Below, piece by piece: positions 62,033 through 64,000 of a stretch of 64,000 nt of DNA (its first letter is position 1; each line of letters starts with the position of its first letter). A model generated the notes under the pieces. That model had not been told where the DNA came from. It did no database searches and saw only the letters and a program-made list of their open reading frames with translations. Location: contig OY740790.1 of NCBI GenBank assembly GCA_963514005.1, forward strand, positions 45,570,001-45,634,000, given 5' to 3'. Both the position numbers and the translations under genes were made by a program. The stretch comes from Raja brachyura (lineage: Eukaryota).

Positions 62033-64000
62033 TCTATCATATATGTATGTATATAAAAACTGTGTGGCTGCCTGCCGAGAACCATCTGCCGCGTCTCCGC
62101 CCTTTGATGTCGCGCTCTGCCAAAACCCGGACCCTCGGACGCCGCCGTTTTTCCCACCGGGCCAGACGTTACGCTTGTGCTTTCCCAATGGTGCTCCCCG
62201 TTACATTTGTACATTGTTACATACACCGTTTTTAATAAAATCCGTCGCCCCCCCCGCCCCCCCCCCACTTTTTCAAAAATCAAACTGGTCTCACCCATAG
62301 AATGTTGGTAAACATTCCATCGTGCGATGTCACAATGCCCAAGGCTCACAGATGGCCAATCGGAACGGATCTCATTTACATCTGCCTTTGCCCCAGCCCC
62401 ACCACCCCCCCCCGCCTGATGTTGCAGCACGTTCCATTGTGTGATGTCACAATGCCATCCCTCACAAATGTCCAATCGGAATGGATCTCATTTACATCTG
62501 CCTTTTCCCCAGCCCCGGCCCCTCCCCCCGCAGCCTGTGCGGACATATGATTGGGGGGACATTGCCGACTCGCGTTGCCTTGGAAACCTTTTCAAGAACA
62601 TGCTTCACTAATGGTCATTCGGATTTCATTTCTCGACAGCGATCGATCTAAACGCTGGATTTCTGCCGCTATTTCATTTTTCATTTGACACTTTTGTTTT
62701 GAAAATCTTATCGATTTACACTTTTTTCAAAAGGTAAAGGTAGACGATGTTTTCAATATTAATTTATATTTGAATAATTCTTTTTATTAAGTGCTTCGTT
62801 ATTTGTTCCGCCAAATTAACACACTTTCCTGTTTTTTTAATATTCTCTTTATTCAAAGAACTCCCTTACTCCACTTCGAAGAGATTGCTTTTTTCTTTGC
62901 CGATTTCCACAGCCGTGTTTATCAAATGTTATCTTTATTTTCAATTTCATTCATATTGAACAGATAATTGTGTTTAAAAACCTTGCGCTTATTATCTGCT
63001 GTTTTAGACAAGTGATAATTTTATTTCATTTTCTGGTTTTATTGCGTATCTATAATTTACATTAGACAAGTAATTTTTAAAAAATGCTTAAAAACCCCAT
63101 TAAAAATTCGTTTAAAAAAATTCTCTCTTTATTTCGATTTACAGCATTTTTAACAGTTTTAATTCTCTGTTATTTGCTCCGCTAAATTTACCCCCATTTT
63201 TCACCGTTTTCTTTTAAATTCTTTTGGTGTGTTTGATTTAATTCTACAGGAAAGTAAACTCTCCCTCCCCTTTGTTTCTCTCACTCTCCTCTCTCTCCAC
63301 CTCCCCTCCCCCTCTCCCCGCCACCTCTCACTTTCCTCCCCTCTTCTCCACCACCCCTCTGCTCTCATCTTCCCCTCTCCCCTCCCCTTCGTTTCTCGAC
63401 AGCGATCGATCTAAATTATTTTTCATTTTCAAAATCTTATTATTTGATTTAGTTTGACAGGAAAGTCAACTCTCCCTCCCCTTTCTCTCTCTCCCCTTCC
63501 ACTCCCTCCCTCTCATCTCTCCCCCTCCGCTCTCTCTCCACCTCCCCGCTTCCTCTCTTCCTCCCCTCTCCTCTCCCACCTGTCCATTTCCTCCCCTCTT
63601 CTCCACCACCCCTCTGCTCTCATCTCCCCCTCTTCCCCCTCCCCTTCCCCACCCCTCTCTACTCCCCTCACCCGTTCCCTCTCCCCCACCCCCTTCCTTC
63701 TCTCCACCTTCCCCTTCCCTCTCCCCCGCCCCCTTCCCCTACCCCTGTCCCTCTTCCACCACTCCCTCCCACCCCCTTCCCCCTACCCCTCTCTCCCTCT
63801 CCCACCCCACCTCTCTCCCTCACCCACCGTCTCTCTCCCCTCCCTCCCTATCTCCCCATCCCTTCCCCTCCTCCTCTCTCCCTCTTCCACCACTCCCCCT
63901 TCCCCCTCTCTCTCCCACTTCCGCCACTCTCCCCTACACCTCTCACCCTCCCTCTCCACTTCTCTCTCCTCTCTCCCCCATCCCCTCCCTCCCCCCTGCA
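62033..64000 (+). mobile_element. Probable Helitron-related element (5' end) with internal tandem duplications and a CT-rich tract; runs off the window
   Basis: A|TCTAT...ATATAAAAACT start; GATGTCACAATG repeats are the reverse complement of the CATTGTGACAT motifs in the 13.5-16.3 kb Helitrons; about 117-bp duplication at 62297-62535; polypyrimidine at 63260-64000. The 3' end is not seen. Confidence 0.45.

Noticed and set aside
55910-64000. Convergent neighbour gene (MAST2 in mammals)
   Set aside because: No long terminal-exon ORF or recognisable peptide on the minus strand within the window.

Overview
Eukaryotic vertebrate genomic DNA, not prokaryotic. The repeat landscape (CR1 tails, HE1-like SINEs, Penelope-derived repeats) points to a cartilaginous fish, probably a skate or ray (inference). 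The window holds one complete protein-coding gene on the + strand, PIK3R3 (PI3K regulatory subunit p55-gamma). It has 10 GT-AG coding exons from 20372 to 49919 (1389 nt, 462 aa: N-terminal p55 peptide, nSH2, iSH2, cSH2), a CCAAT/CpG-rich promoter at about 19.4-19.8 kb, a 5' leader with seven upstream ORFs, and a transposon-free stretch of about 6 kb that is probably the 3'UTR. The rest is transposon-rich: a young L1 3' end, CR1 fragments, SINEs, two Tc1 elements, two Harbinger-type MITEs, Penelope remnants, and non-autonomous Helitron-like elements including a triple tandem array; there is one 141-N assembly gap. The main leads are (i) about 90-130 bp Penelope-derived elements built around a minimal hammerhead-ribozyme core, one with a perfect 15-bp target-site duplication and one with an intact core, both sense within PIK3R3 intron 1; (ii) two candidate alternative first exons that splice in frame to exon 2, the upstream one resembling the P3R3URF micropeptide/readthrough arrangement; and (iii) the Helitron array. 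Most short ORFs in the supplied track are spurious.
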